A stretch of 64,000 nt of DNA, taken from assembly GCF_018977255.1 (NCBI RefSeq), contig NW_024705047.1, forward strand, positions 1 to 64,000, given 5' to 3'. Below, one piece after another: positions 24,701 to 37,760 of this stretch (positions are counted from its first letter, which is position 1; every line of letters starts with the position of its first letter). The position numbers and the translations under genes were made by a program. Origin of the DNA: Callorhinchus milii. Taxonomy: Eukaryota. Below the pieces are notes generated by a model. The model did no database searches, was not told the DNA's origin, and was given only the letters and a program-made list of their open reading frames with translations.

Positions 24701-25257
24701 TTTCCTGGATAACTGCAGAAATAATTGCCTTGGAGTGTATGCACAACACTCTCGCAATCGCCGGACCAATGGGAGCCACAAAACGTCAATCGTTCCTCGT
24801 GGAAAGTTATCTGTGATGGATTGATTGCTGGCGTAAAAAAAAAAATGTCATGCCATTGCCAATGAGCAGGCAGTGTGCCTCTTTCTTCTGTGGACAACTG
24901 TGAACAAGAGGGTCATACATAGCTCAAAGGATTCCTTCAGTATATATTGTGAATGTCGGTCTTCTTTCGAACTGTACTTAGCCAGCCGCGCTAATAGGAG
25001 GTACGGTAAATAATATGATTATTCTGATTCTGGATCGGACCAAAACTCGGCCGAGGGGATGCCCCGCTCAAACCCGGTTGCTTGCGGAGCCCCGGCTAGT
25101 GGCGATGGATCATGGACACCTGCGGGAACATTCGACGAAAACAGCCCCATTGATGGCTGAGCGAACACCACTGCAGTACTACCACTGCCGCCACCCACCC
25201 AAGCAGTTCACTGACTTGTTCAGAATTGGGGCCCACGATTCAAGTGCAAAATTCTAA

Positions 25258-25580
25258 TCTTCTTCTTTCGTATGGCTGATGTAGATGCAGAGCAACAACT
25301 GCAATTTCACATGCAGGTGGTCAAGCCAGACAACCGTGTCAGGAACAGTGGAGAGTATCGCTGTGATGTCTCCTTCGTATTTGTGGATGGGGCATTGCAT
25401 TGTTTGACATTATACGGTCTATTCTGGATGACCACAGCCGCACACTGGAGAGTTTTTAATGTTCCACTTGTGCATCAGGTGTTCCATGATTTGTGCAGCG
25501 GATGCGATTTAACGTTGACCATGAGTCAAATAATTTGGCATATTTTTGTTTTCAAAGTCTCGTCTGTTTTTTGCTTCTAA
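25258..25580 (-). mobile_element. Vingi/Ingi-clade LINE 3' end
   Basis: Frameshifted minus-strand translation WSTLNRIR..HG..LMHKWNIKNSPVCGCGHPE*TV...CPIHKYEG...VWLDHLHVKL (C-terminal zinc knuckle), then the tail gccatacgaaagaagaaga. Confidence 0.75.
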
Positions 25581-26198
25581 TTTTCTACTGCTGCCGCCCT
25601 TCCCAGCAATTCACTGAGCGGTCAAGATGTGGAGCCCACGATTCAACTCAAGATTCGAATAATGTCACGTCTCTCGTTTTCAACTTCTTGTCTGTATCAC
25701 TTCAAATTGTCTCCATCTTGTGGACAACTTTGTTCGCCCCGTTCGCACACGGCCAGAACGTTCATTTGCGCGCAAAACAGTTGATCGATTCTCGCACGTA
25801 GCTAATTCGACGCGTGTGTATATTCTACCTAAGCATGACAATCGAGTGCAATTGTTGAATCTATAAATGCGTCTAGGGGAGGTGCGGGCGATGGTGGCGG
25901 TGGGGTAGGGGAAGGGGGGTTTACATCGGCGTAGGCCGTGCATTGTGGGATCGAACGCCCTGATGTGTGCACTGCGGCGCTATTGATGCCACGTGTCCTT
26001 AACGTCGGAAAGGGCCCCCGTGGGAAGAGGCGAGAGACAACTTTGCCGCAGATGGCAACGGTGCTTCGAATTGCACGCGATGGAAGGCGATGAAAGTTGT
26101 AACGATTTCTGACGATGGAAATTTCAAATATTAATTCGTGAATTGTTTTTTTCTAAGTGAGGGATTTTGAGCATCATTCGGTGTTCTTGTGTGTATGT

Positions 26199-26470
26199 GG
26201 GGGGAGCGGTAGTGTAGCGGTCAGCGCTTTGCGCTACGAACCTGGTGATCCGGGTTGGATTGCCGCTCACGGCCAACACCGGTGAACCGTTTCTGGGCCT
26301 CTACTAGATAGGCTCAGCCTCGAATGAGTACCTGGTGAGATGTGTAAACATCGCCACTGGGGAGGCAAAGGCAGCCGAGCGTGATGTTGGCCACCCAGCC
26401 CCTCGTGTACCGTGCCGGCCTTAATAGGTGCTCGCTAACAGTCTGTTGAGGATATACGGCTTCATCGTTT
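26199..26470 (+). mobile_element. tRNA-derived SINE with conserved central (Deu/Nin-like) domain
   Basis: Head agtgtagcggtcagcgc...gggttggattgcc; core aatgagtacctgg...ggcaaaggcagccgagcgtgatgttggccacc. A second copy lies at 62737-62893. Confidence 0.65.
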
Positions 26471-26609
26471 CTGTTTGGTAACCACTCGAAGCTACTTTGT
26501 GATGCTTCTGGCATAAAAAGTCTAGTATCACCACATTTTATGGACTTCCTTCCCACCCCCCACCCCGTATTTTATTGCAAAAGTTTGGGGGGCGTCTTAT
26601 CATCCAGAA

Positions 26610-26810
26610 GATGTGTGTGTGTGTGAGAATAGATTTGTATAACTTTATGGACACTGGCAACAAGTTAGTGACTGAGCTATGTGATATCCAACAGTGTTCT
26701 AGAAGGCCAGCAAGCTGAAATTTGGCACAAATACATTTAAAGAGTATGCTTGTAACTTGGAACGATTTGAAATGTAAAATTTTAAAAAATTGTGTCGTCA
26801 AATGAGAACC
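26610..26810. repeat. Helitron-like non-autonomous fragment; related to 32800-33050
   Basis: (GT)n followed by gtgttcta.aagg.c.ag..a.ctgaaatt.gg at both loci. Confidence 0.4.
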
Positions 26811-26869
26811 CGTAGGTTCATTAGTTTCACTAATAGGGCAAGGTCATTCAAAGGTTAAATCTACATCAC

Positions 26870-26982
26870 AATCAGTCAGTTCGTTCGCTTCTCAGTCCGC
26901 TTGTCCTGGTGAGGGTCACGGCAGCAGCGTGTTGAGTAGTGGCGGTCCACACCTCCCTCTCCCTGGCGACAGACTCCAGCAA
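26870..26982 (-). mobile_element. Rex3/Expander-like RTE 3' end
   Basis: Minus strand LESVAREREVWT... then ggacaagcgg and a short tandem tail. Confidence 0.5.
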
Positions 26983-28409
26983 TACTACACTATACACTAC
27001 ACTATACACTACTATACACTACTACACTCTACACTACACTATACACTACTATACACTACTACACTCTACACTACACTATACACTACTATACACTACTACA
27101 CTCTACACTACACTATACACTACTATACACTACTACACTCTACACTATACACTACTATACACTACTACACTCTACACTACACTATACACTACTATACACT
27201 ACTACACTCTACACTATACACTACTATACACTACTACACTCTACACTACACTATACACTACTATACACTACTACACTCTACACTACACTATACACTACTA
27301 TACACTACTACACTCTACACTACACTATACACTACTATACACTACTACACTCTACACTACACTATACACTACTATACACTATACACTCTACACTATACAC
27401 TACTATACACTACTACACTCTACACTACACTATACACTACTATACACTACTACACTCTACACTACACTATACACTACTATACACTACTACACTCTACACT
27501 ACACTATACACTACTATACACTACTACACTCTACACTACACTATACACTACTATACACTACACTCTACACTACACTATACACTACTATACACTACTACAC
27601 TCTACACTACACTATACACTACTATACACTACTACACTCTACACTACACTATACACTACTATACACTACTACACTCTACACTACACTATACACTACTATA
27701 CACTACTACACTATACACTACACTATACACTACTATACACTACTACACTCTACACTACACTATACACTACTATACACTACTACACTCTACACTACACTAT
27801 ACACTACTATACCACTACTACACTCTACACTACACTATACACTACTATACACTACTACCTACTATACACTACACTATACACTACTATACACTACTACACT
27901 CTACACTACACTATACACTACTATACACTACTACACTCTACACTACACTATACACTACTATACACTACTACACTCTACACTACACTATACACTACTATAC
28001 ACTACTACACTCTACACTACACTATACACTACTATACACTACTACACTCTACACTACACTATACACTACTATACACTACTACACTCTACACTACACTATA
28101 CACTACTACACACTACTACACTACTACACTATACACTACACTACTACACTATAACACTACTACACTATACACTACTACACTATACACTACTATACACTAC
28201 TACACTCTACACTACACTATACACTACTATACACTACTACACTCTACACTACACTATACACTACTATACACTACTACACTCTACACTACACTATACACTA
28301 CTATACACTACTACACTCTACACTACACTATACACTACTATACACTACTACACTCTACACTACACTATACACTACTATACACTACTACACTCTACACTAC
28401 ACTATACAC
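26983..28409. repeat. G-free minisatellite, 37-bp main unit
   Basis: Unit acactct-acact-acactat-acactactat-acactact repeated over ~1.4 kb, with shorter variants. Confidence 0.95.
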
Positions 28410-30457
28410 AGGGAACTTGCTCGCAGTCAAGCCGCTTACTCTCACAACCAGTTCTGCCGTTTCAGGGTCTGCTTGGAAGCATTCATCGGTCAACTTTCAG
28501 GGCCATGTATATGTGAGGAGAGGGGAAACATTTTTTAATTATTACACGAAGAATTATGATCATTTCGTGAGAATGGGTTGGAATGTAAGGATAGGGAAGG
28601 GCGTGACACAGGAGAGCCGCAGTGTTCTAGAAGCGGTGGGAAAACAGAGGATCCATGCTGCACCGTACCAATAACAGGCCAGCGAGGAGTGGCCGTACGA
28701 GACCGAGGGCCCTATCCTTGATGGCGTTGCGCCATCAGTGTTGAACTTGGCCAGAACGTCAGTGGAATCTATCATTTGCCCCGCATCACAACACATCAAT
28801 CTGCCTGCCCTTTGGATACTGTTTCTAGCATCTGATATATCTCTTGACACTTTGTCACTTTTCTTTTTGAAAAATGTGTCCATACAGTAATTGCCTGTTT
28901 GGAGAGGGTGATTTTTTTTGCCATTGAGCTCTGTCTTTGTCGTGACAGTAAGGGGTCTCTTTACCATCCCCAGGGGTTTTTTGTTGTTTACTTTTTGCTC
29001 TTTCCCCAATTATATTCCAATTCGCGCCGTTCATGTCACCATGCGAAATGGCTCAATTTCTGTGAAGAAGTCTCGTAGCCAGATGTGCATCTCACCCTGT
29101 GTCGGAGAATGGTCCCACGAGATGATGTCACATAACTTCTTCTGAAGCACCTTCAATAGCTCATTATCCACACATAGGGGGTCCACATGTTTTACGTGCC
29201 CCATAAGGTTCATCACATGGACCAAAACATTTTTCGGAATAAGTCAACTTAAGTTAAGCACCAAACTTAAGGATAGTTTAGTTTGTGTGTGTGTACAAAT
29301 CAGAGGTTACTGTGCTGAGATCATCAACGTATTACAATTGAGAACCTAGTTTAATCACGATTGGCTAAGTGGATTCGTAAAGAGGATTTGAAATCATTGG
29401 TGCTATTTCAGTGCTTGTACCCTGAACCACCAACGATCGCACTCATTGTTTGGCATCTGATAAGAACTCAGCCTAGTATTTGTCAAACAGAAGAAGATGG
29501 AATCCTCTGTGTGACTCCCAACGAGCCCCTACTTACACACCGTCTTCTTGGCAAATATATAAGGCAAAAGGTGGGCGGCAAGAGAAAAACAAAGACAGAC
29601 CTGGGGTGGGTGGGTGGGCCGGGGTTGGGCGGAGTGATGTCTAGGAGCGGACCAAGATCGGCTCAGTGAGTATCATGAGAGCTTGTGTCAAGAGCAAGTG
29701 CTGCAACACGTTGACCTTTGACCTCCGAACCCCGGAGCTTGCATAGACGGACGGATTGATGGAAATGTAATTATGCATCCCTGGGACCACGTGTTGCAAT
29801 GTCCGAGCAAGTATGGACATACTTCAGCAAAAAACAAATCAAACAAAGATTGATTGCGATCGTTAAAAAAACTCGATGGAGTGCATTGCACACACCGCAA
29901 AACCTACTCGGATGCACCGCATCTTGCAGGCGCGAACAAGGCCGCAGAGGATGTGACACGGGACTCGACTGTCAGCTAAATCCATGCTCCATCGTCCAAC
30001 TGAGGCCTGAACAGCCCCCGTGTGGATCTCTCCGAGGTGTCAAACGTTGACCCGTCACCGCCGTGGCAAACGGCACGGATATTGAACTGTCAGGAATTTG
30101 GCCCGGCGCTCGAATGGTTATGTGCGAGGGAATCGATAGCCGGGATCCTGTGTCAGAACACTGCCCGTGGTGGTGAAGAGAGGAGCTGAGTGATAGAAAC
30201 TTACCGCTGCAGATCACAAACATTGAGAAACACTGCTGTGCTTAGCAGCTGCACGGCTGTGTACTCCAGCATGAATTTTACCAAATGACTTCCGCACTGG
30301 CAGACTAAAGTATATGGCCACTGTAATACACTGATACATATGGTGGCTTAGTCTTTCCGTACATCCTGTTATCTAGCACACTCTACCCCCATCAGGTCCG
30401 TGTTGGCAGAGTATCTGTCTCGTCCGTCATACAAATGAACTCCGCAAGCGGTGTGCT

Positions 30458-30545
30458 GCGTGTAAGCGCTGACGCCGTTTGTGAGTGCTGACGCCCTGTG
30501 TAAGCACTGACCCGGTATGGAAGCCCGACGTCGTGTGTAAGCGTA
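30458..30545. repeat. Short degenerate tandem repeat (~19-20 bp)
   Basis: gtgtaagcgctgacgcc-like unit repeated 4-5 times. Confidence 0.55.
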
Positions 30546-31049
30546 TTCTGTGCAAGGGCTCTGGCGACGTTTGCAGAGAGACCTGTATTTAAATGTTGCA
30601 ATGAACACATTTTTTTTACAATTTGTGAATTAAATTGATTAATTTGAAAAACCGGCCCTGCTTAAATGTCACCCATTAAATTAACCCTCATAATGAAATA
30701 GCAGGTAAACATGTTTTTTTTTTGCCTAGAACATTTTAAATCAAACTTAATTAAACTTTTCAACTTTTTGGCCGCTTTTGATATTATTAAAATTATCATC
30801 TGATTTTGCAACGTAATAACTCTTTTGTCTAATGTTCGTGTCTGTCGGGTTGTATTCTGAGGATTGGCGTATATGGAACAAGCAACTTGGGCAAACAAAA
30901 TCAGAACATCTGTCTCCAAGTTGTGGGTTAGTGGGTTCGAATCCAATGTAGGTGATATTTGGCCTACTCTTCCATGCTGGCCAGCCACCTTGGAAGAGTT
31001 GAGGACCCACACACTTTCTCCCACCACACATGGACTCCCATTTGGAGTG

Positions 31050-31450
31050 CACATCGTAAATCTTCCTTCAACCAATATCCTGAAGCAAAAGATTAGTGCT
31101 GGATTCAACTGCATTCGCAAACGTGATTTGTAACTTTCATCCTCACCCGTGTATCGATATTTCAATTTTAACGTTTCATTTTACTAAGGGACTATTTTGG
31201 TATTGTTGTCTTGGTGTGGTCTGGGACTGCTGTTGTTTTGCTGCCTTACCCATTGGTGTACTTATGTAATATCAACTTATACACTTTATCTCCGTTACGT
31301 ATTTATTTTTCGAAATTTGCTTACCTCTCCCAAACTGTGCACGCCTATCGTTGCTTGTGTTGTTTATTGTTGCTGTAGATGTATGACCCGTCACTACTGG
31401 ACATCTGTGAAAAAAGAGCTTCACGGCTTTTCGGAGATTCCGATTCTGTT
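31050..31450 (+). mobile_element. L2/Crack-like LINE 3' end, paralog of 16620-16990
   Basis: Shares gtaaatcttccttcaa...aagca.aagatta.tgctggat.caac...tgatttgtaactttcatc. Tail ggacatctgtg.aaaaagagcttca..gct...gattccgattc also occurs inverted at ~13640-13740 and around 18437-18910. Confidence 0.7.
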
Positions 31451-31978
31451 TAAACTGCTGGGTGGATGACAGCGGTGGTGGGCAGGGGGGAGGCAGAGGG
31501 GGGGGTGTCTTTATAAAAAAACAAAAATGCTCACGGTTTCAACTCCCTGTGGCAGAAGATCGAACCTGCTGCCTCTGTTCCATTGTCCTAACCCCCGCAC
31601 CAGGCCAGCATCCCATGTGCAATACAAAACGTTATCAAATAAGCCTGCCTGAGCTGACTGGGCGGCTCAGAGATCAGAGCACTGAGCCAGCAACGACGAG
31701 GCCCTGGCTTTCGAATCTGGGTCGAAGCCACCCACGCTTAAACTCGCCTCTCGAATGTAGCAGGTTGATTGGTCTCGCCCTGTACGCCGCCGATGGCAGC
31801 GCACGTAACAACAACGCCCTTGCTGGAACCCGATTGCCATGCAGTGTTCGCCAGCATTGGCGGTGGCACGCATTTACGGACACCAGTTTCTGTACATGGC
31901 TAATGAAAGTGGGTTGTGTAAAATCTCGGTTATTGCACATCTTAACTTTTAATGGTTAATTTCAAGATGTTGGTTTCA

Positions 31979-32255
31979 TCTTCTTGGTTCTTTCGGTAAA
32001 GTCACGTAGAAGGAAAATAATAAAATAAATAAAATAAAATATAATAAAATAAGTCTCACGACGTTTCAGGTCTGTCAAGTAGACTCTGTCTACTTGACAG
32101 ACCTGTTCTCCACCTGAGGACGGCTGCTTGCGTTGTGGCCAAAACGTCGTGAGAATTATTTTATTATGTTTTATTTTTATTATTTTCCTTCTACGTGACT
32201 TTACCGAAAGAACCAAGAAGATGAATCCCTGCAGTCACGAAAGCTTTAAATCGAA
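31979..32255. mobile_element. Penelope-like pLTR palindrome (tail on right)
   Basis: 12-bp TSD atgttggtttca at 31967-31978 and 32256-32267. The hammerhead at ~32110-32155 has GAAA>AAAA; the left arm is internally deleted. Confidence 0.9.
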
Positions 32256-33203
32256 ATGTTGGTTTCAAATCACATTTTGCCAAACCAGATGGCATCAATA
32301 AGGAAATATATTAGGCATTGGGCCCATGGGATATTTGATGTGTCTGTGTTGAGCTGTAAGGCCACACCTGTGCACAAAAAGGTTCGTGACAATAATTACG
32401 TCTGTGCTTGGCGAGAAGAAAGACCTACGGTGGCCTGAAAAACCCACACGTTTCAACCGAAAACGCAGAGACGAGAACGGCAGGCACACTGCACTTTTGT
32501 GCATTGTGCTAGAAACCATCAACAGTTCCTGAAGGGCATGCTGACAAGGTAACGCTGAATTGGCTACAAACTCAGAGGGGTTGATACCAGGACAAGATTT
32601 AGCTGCCCAAATAAATCCCGCTCACACACGTTGGTCCCTGAAGAGTCCTACTACTGCATTAGCTGGTATTGGAAATCAGATTATTTTATGTGTATCTATA
32701 ATTTAACGTTTTGTATATATATATGAAGCAGTGTAAATAATACATTGTTTTTGGTCATATGTGTTTGTAAACACCACTGGCCAGTGGAACAAATGTTATT
32801 TGTGTGTGTGTATCTAATAGAATATAGACAATCATGACTGACTAAGTGACAGATGTGACATCTAGTGATGTTTCATAAGGGCTATGAATCTGAGTGAATT
32901 TTAATTATCTACATTCTATTGGTGTTCTACAAGGGCTAGACAACTGAAATTGGGTGCAACTGTAATTGATTGGATATAGATATATAACATCTACAGACTT
33001 AAATTTTCAAATTTGGGTGCAAAATATTACAGCCCAGATTAAGGGCCAATGGGTGATGTTAAAAGCATAATTTTATTTTCGATATGGAGAGACCGATTAG
33101 TGAAGACGCATCACCTGATTGTCTGTGTTGTTACCGGTTACCGTACATGAACGCCCAGCAATCTATGGGTGTCCAAGCCAAAGGCCTGAACAGTAACAGT
33201 AAT

Positions 33204-33414
33204 CTTGATTTGAAGCTTTCGTGACTGCAGGAATCCATACTTTTTGGTTCTTTCGGTAAAGTCACGTAGGTATAAAATACATAAATCACGACGTTTCGGG
33301 CGCAACACAAGCGTCCGTCTTTTCCACCTGATGATGGACGCTTGTGTTGCGCCCGAAACGTCGTGATTTATTATTTTATACCTACGTGACTTTACCGAAA
33401 GAACCAAAGAGTAT
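33204..33414. mobile_element. Penelope-like pLTR palindrome, second subfamily
   Basis: TSD agtaacagtaat/agtaatagtaat; tail cttgatttgaagctttcgtgactgcagg. Confidence 0.85.
33325..33366 (+). ncRNA. Minimal type I hammerhead ribozyme motif
   Basis: cac-CUGAUGA-u-GGACGC(uuguguu)GCGCCC-GAAA-C-GUC-gug. Confidence 0.7.
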
Positions 33415-35684
33415 AGTAATAGTAATGCCAAATCTGTAATTATCATGCCCATTGTTTGCGCCGGAAAGCCTAGGCTGAGTCCCAGTGCTTTTGTCTGACG
33501 TGTGTTACACGTCGCTATGTTTGACAGTAACGCTCCCGAGTGATGCAGGTCATTCTTGAAAAATGAGACTGCTGGTCTCTTAAAGTTGTCGCGTGGTTAA
33601 GCAAATAATCTTCAAACTCGGCTGATCCTTCCCTTGCTTTGGGATATTACACTGCAGCAGCATGAGAGTTCAGTAGAGAAGTCAGGCAAGGGTGGGCTGA
33701 GGTTGGGAGGTTTGGCCAAATATAGGGCCACGCAGTAACACGCCCACACTGCACTGCGGACAAATAAGCGTACAGACATCTGGAACCCAGGTAATTAAAG
33801 TTTGTTGAGCTCAGTGTGCGGTGTCTGTCTGTTTGAACAACACACAGAGACCCGGTGTAGTCCCTCTATCAATGATGCACGCCGGCCCTGTCTTAGCTGC
33901 TCAAATACAGACAGATCAAATGTATTAGGTTTCATAAATGCGAGTTCCATGTATTATGATTATTATTAGCGATCGCAAGGTTCAGCTGAAAACGCCCGAA
34001 GAGTGTTCTTAGCAGCAGAGTTTCCGTTGTGGCAAGGGAGAGCATTGTGTACTGAAATCGGATCAACCAACTTTTAGAATAATTCACAAGACCTGTCAGG
34101 CAATCATTTACATTTAGTATGTGTGCTGTAATGGGGTATATAAGTGGCTATTCATCATTATTATTATGAATGTTAATATGTTTTGACTGCTTACTAAAAG
34201 ACCCACGTCTGCACTTGCCAATAATCTACCAACCCGCCCAGTGTTTGTGGTCAGAGCCTGGTTGCGAGTGTGCGCGTTGTAAACACGGGCCATTAATTTA
34301 TGACTTATCACCAACGTATTGATGCCCTTTAAAATTCGCTCTGTAAAAGCCCCTTAATATTGCATTCCGGACCAAATGGTAACTTTATTATCTCGGTCAA
34401 TGAAAAGCAATGCCGTGGAAACATTGTGTTTGTCCTTTGCATTGGCGGCCGTCGTCGCAGACACCTCGGGACGCATTTAAATAACGCGTGAAAAGTTCAC
34501 CTCCGCAGTTCATTTCAAAATATCAAGATTAATTTGATTCGCATTATTCCTCGGCAAGTGTTTTCACCGTGATTTCTATGCACAGCCACGCACCTGGCAT
34601 TTTGCTACTGAATGACTTGGTGCCTCTGTTCGTGAATCCGGCGCTCTGCCCGGCGCTGTGTTTGCGCGCCGCAAATTTTTTTTTAATGCCGCAGCAGAAA
34701 AAAAATTCAGCCTCCGTGGCATTTGCGCCGGAGCTGCTTTGCGGGGTAAAGGCGCAGCCCTGGAATTGTCTTGCTCATGCTGCTGCTGGCAGAAGCGGCC
34801 TCCACTTCGAGGAAGCTCCCGGGAAAGCACCTCGAGAGGGCATTCGTTTTGCTCACTCTTCCTCGTCGGCCGGACACCTCGCGAGGGCCTCCGATACACG
34901 GGATGATTGATGATGTGATGGGCCCACGCGAAGCCGGGTACAGAAGCATTACCGGAGACATTTTCACTTGCAGTTGAAACCAGCACGTGCGCTGAGAGGA
35001 GACTAGGGGACCCTTTACCACCACTCGCCACTACGCTCACCACCACACGGCATACACCAAACTCACGACAACCCACATACACCACGCTCACCACCACACC
35101 CCACTCCACACTCACCGCAGCAGTGTGCTTCTCACTAACTGTAGTGTACCATTTGTACTGCTTGGTGGTCAGAGACGAGGGGTGGGGGGTCGGGGGTATT
35201 TAAGAACCTGTGCTCCGTAATTTCAACTGCTGTGCCTTGAGATGGAACCGGCGGCCTCCGAGTTGCAAGTACGGTGTGCTATCTCATTACCCCGCGTCAG
35301 TACAGGCTTTCTAAATGCACTGGTGTTTTGTGTGTGTGTGCCAATATTCGCAGCGTTGGCAAGATTGCTTTTGAAAAGTAATATATAAGCAGGCCCTCAC
35401 AACCAGGGTAATATAATGTCTAATCTATGACAAAAAAATGAGAAACTACGCTCAGCTTGCAGTTTGTAACTTTTAAAAAATGTACTTTACTTCTTCATTG
35501 TAAACAAACTGGATTGAACTATTTTTCAGTCGGTTTGACAGTGAGTGCGCTTTGAGTCTTATTTTTTCTGTACATATTCACACAATGGTTCATTCTGATT
35601 GGAAAGAACCAGGCACCTATGGTGTTGATGATTAAAATCCTACAACCTATAGAATTTCAGAATAAAAATTAATCTCGCCAGCTT

Positions 35685-35930
35685 CATTAACCATAATAGA
35701 GTTTTTTTTTTAGGTTATATTGTGAAAATATAAATATGTCGTTAAACATGCTACCACCCGACACAGCCAATTAGTAAGGGTTGTCGTGTAAACAAAACAT
35801 GCCAAAACATGCCACGTGACAAACCTTACTTATTGGCTGTGTCGAGTGGTAGCAGGTTTAACGGCGCATTTGTATTTCCGAAATATAACCCAAAAAAAAA
35901 CCTATTTTATGGATAATATTGTGTTAAACC
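35685..35930. mobile_element. Palindromic MITE (diverged copy)
   Basis: Inverted arms cgacacagccaattagtaagg / ccttacttattggctgtgtcg; related to 11280 and 36876. Confidence 0.7.
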
Positions 35931-36875
35931 TGCTTCATTGGGTGGTACACGAAGGACCGCCTTATGGCTGCGCCCAAGTAAAAAAAAATACATGCAAGTA
36001 ATTGGGGAGACCTGTAGACATTTACTTAGAAATAACCTAACCTAATCAATGACATAATTAACCTTTGTTGGAAACAAAGTTAGTGTTTTATTAAAGATCA
36101 CTTCCCAATGAGGTCAAAGGGTTGTTCAAAGGTCATAGCGCCGAGACGCATTTCCTGTGATGGTCTCGACCTGGTCATCACTGACTGCACAATAATTCTC
36201 ATGAAATTATTCTGAAAAAAATGCCTGCACTTAATTTGGATAAATTCCAGCTCTGAGGATTAACACATTCCTGCGGAGGGAGCTGGTAGGAACGTTGGGT
36301 TGCTCAGTCAATGGCCAGGGTCAACGGCGGCGTGGTGTATTCCGCAAATATGGCCGACTGTGAGGGCGGGCACAAGCCGGCGTGAGTAGGTTAAACGTTG
36401 AGTTTTATAAGGGCACCACGGGGTGACCAGCTCCTCCCCACCCAGCCCCACCCTCCCACCCAGCCCCTCCCCACCCCACCCTCCCACCCAGCCTCCCCAC
36501 CCTCCCCTCTCCACCCAGCCCCACCCCTCCCATTTTTGGATGCACGACGGACTGACGGACACAATAATCCCCTGTGGGCTGGTGGAACCAGGTGGTTCCT
36601 ACCAGTAAAATTGTTAGTTGGTCATGTGACGAGCATTTGCTGTCCGTAGCAGGCAGGTGATGAAGTGCTGCCCCCTAGCCTGCGGAACAGAGAACACTGG
36701 ACGTGATCTCAGAAGAATCTCTGTGACGTACATATTAACTACTGAGAAGGCGCACGGTTGTTGCTCACTTTTCGAAAGGCAGGCGGGCGGGCCGTAAGCC
36801 GGTACCAAACAATTCGCCTAAACTCTGCGTAACTCTCTCTATATCAAGCTATTTTCAACCAATTACCGAGTCAGT

Positions 36876-37186
36876 TTAACGCGTAGGCTTTCGCGAGCAA
36901 AATCATCCATGGCATAGGTTTTTTTGGGTTAGATCGCGTAAATATATAAATGTGTCATTTAACCCGCCACCAAGTTGTAATTACTGGTGAAACATCGTAC
37001 TCAGTTTTTAAATGTTGTGGCTTTGCTCTCCAACACACCGGTGTGCTGTGCTAGTAACGAATGGGCACGTTCTGTTTACGTGACAAACCTTACTAGTTGG
37101 CTGTGTCAGGTGGTGGCGGGTTTAACGACACATTCATATATTTACGCGATCTAACCCAAAAAAAACTATGCTATGGACAATTATTG
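36876..37186. mobile_element. Palindromic MITE
   Basis: Arms ttttgggttagatcgcgtaaatatat / atatatttacgcgatctaacccaaaa. Confidence 0.75.
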
Positions 37187-37671
37187 AGTGTTTGTATGAG
37201 TGGTCGGAAAACCGGAGCACCCAGAGAAAAAAACCCACGCATGCAAGGGGGCAACACTCTATCCCATACAGGTGGAACAGATGTAGAGATTAGTGCACAC
37301 TTTCTGTAGCGCATTACGGCAATCCTTGGCGTGGCACCTCGACGCCCACGGAAAGGGGATTTCGTACGGTCCTCACCTCCACAGTGATGGATTGCAGGTG
37401 TACTTCGCCACTGCCCGTGGAATACGCGCTTTTCATCGGTTGCACAGCTCTTGTGCGAGATGCGAGTGAATTCTTGTTCTCCCCAAAACGACGCTGACCG
37501 CACAATCGGGATACGGTTCGTGAAAAAAAAAAAGTCAACGCAAAACGTCAAATATATTTATCACTTCCCAAAAGTTCGGGGCTGAGTTTAGGGAGGGATT
37601 GTAAAAGTTTAGTGCGCAGTGTTTTTCAGGCACCAGCACGGTGCAATTAAAGTTGGTTACGAAGGCATACA

Positions 37672-37760
37672 GGGGTGCCGCCATGGTGTAGTGGTTAGCA
37701 CTAGATTTGTAATCCAGGGGTCACCGGTTACATCCCCATTGGTGCAAGCTTCTTAGTACC
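37672..37760 (+). mobile_element. tRNA-derived SINE head
   Basis: tggtgtagtggttagcac...ccggttacatcccc (A box and degenerate B box); no full cloverleaf. Confidence 0.5.

Noticed and set aside
26199-26275. tRNA genes (also 2790, 7080, 12620, 37672)
   Set aside because: Pol III boxes are present but no intact cloverleaf; several continue into shared SINE bodies.
26929-28674. 581-aa and 525-aa ORFs
   Set aside because: They are translations of the G-free minisatellite; the 37-bp unit is not a multiple of 3 and there is no protein-like content.
36434-36531. C-rich tract (minus-strand G-quadruplex potential)
   Set aside because: Ordinary low-complexity sequence with no supporting context.
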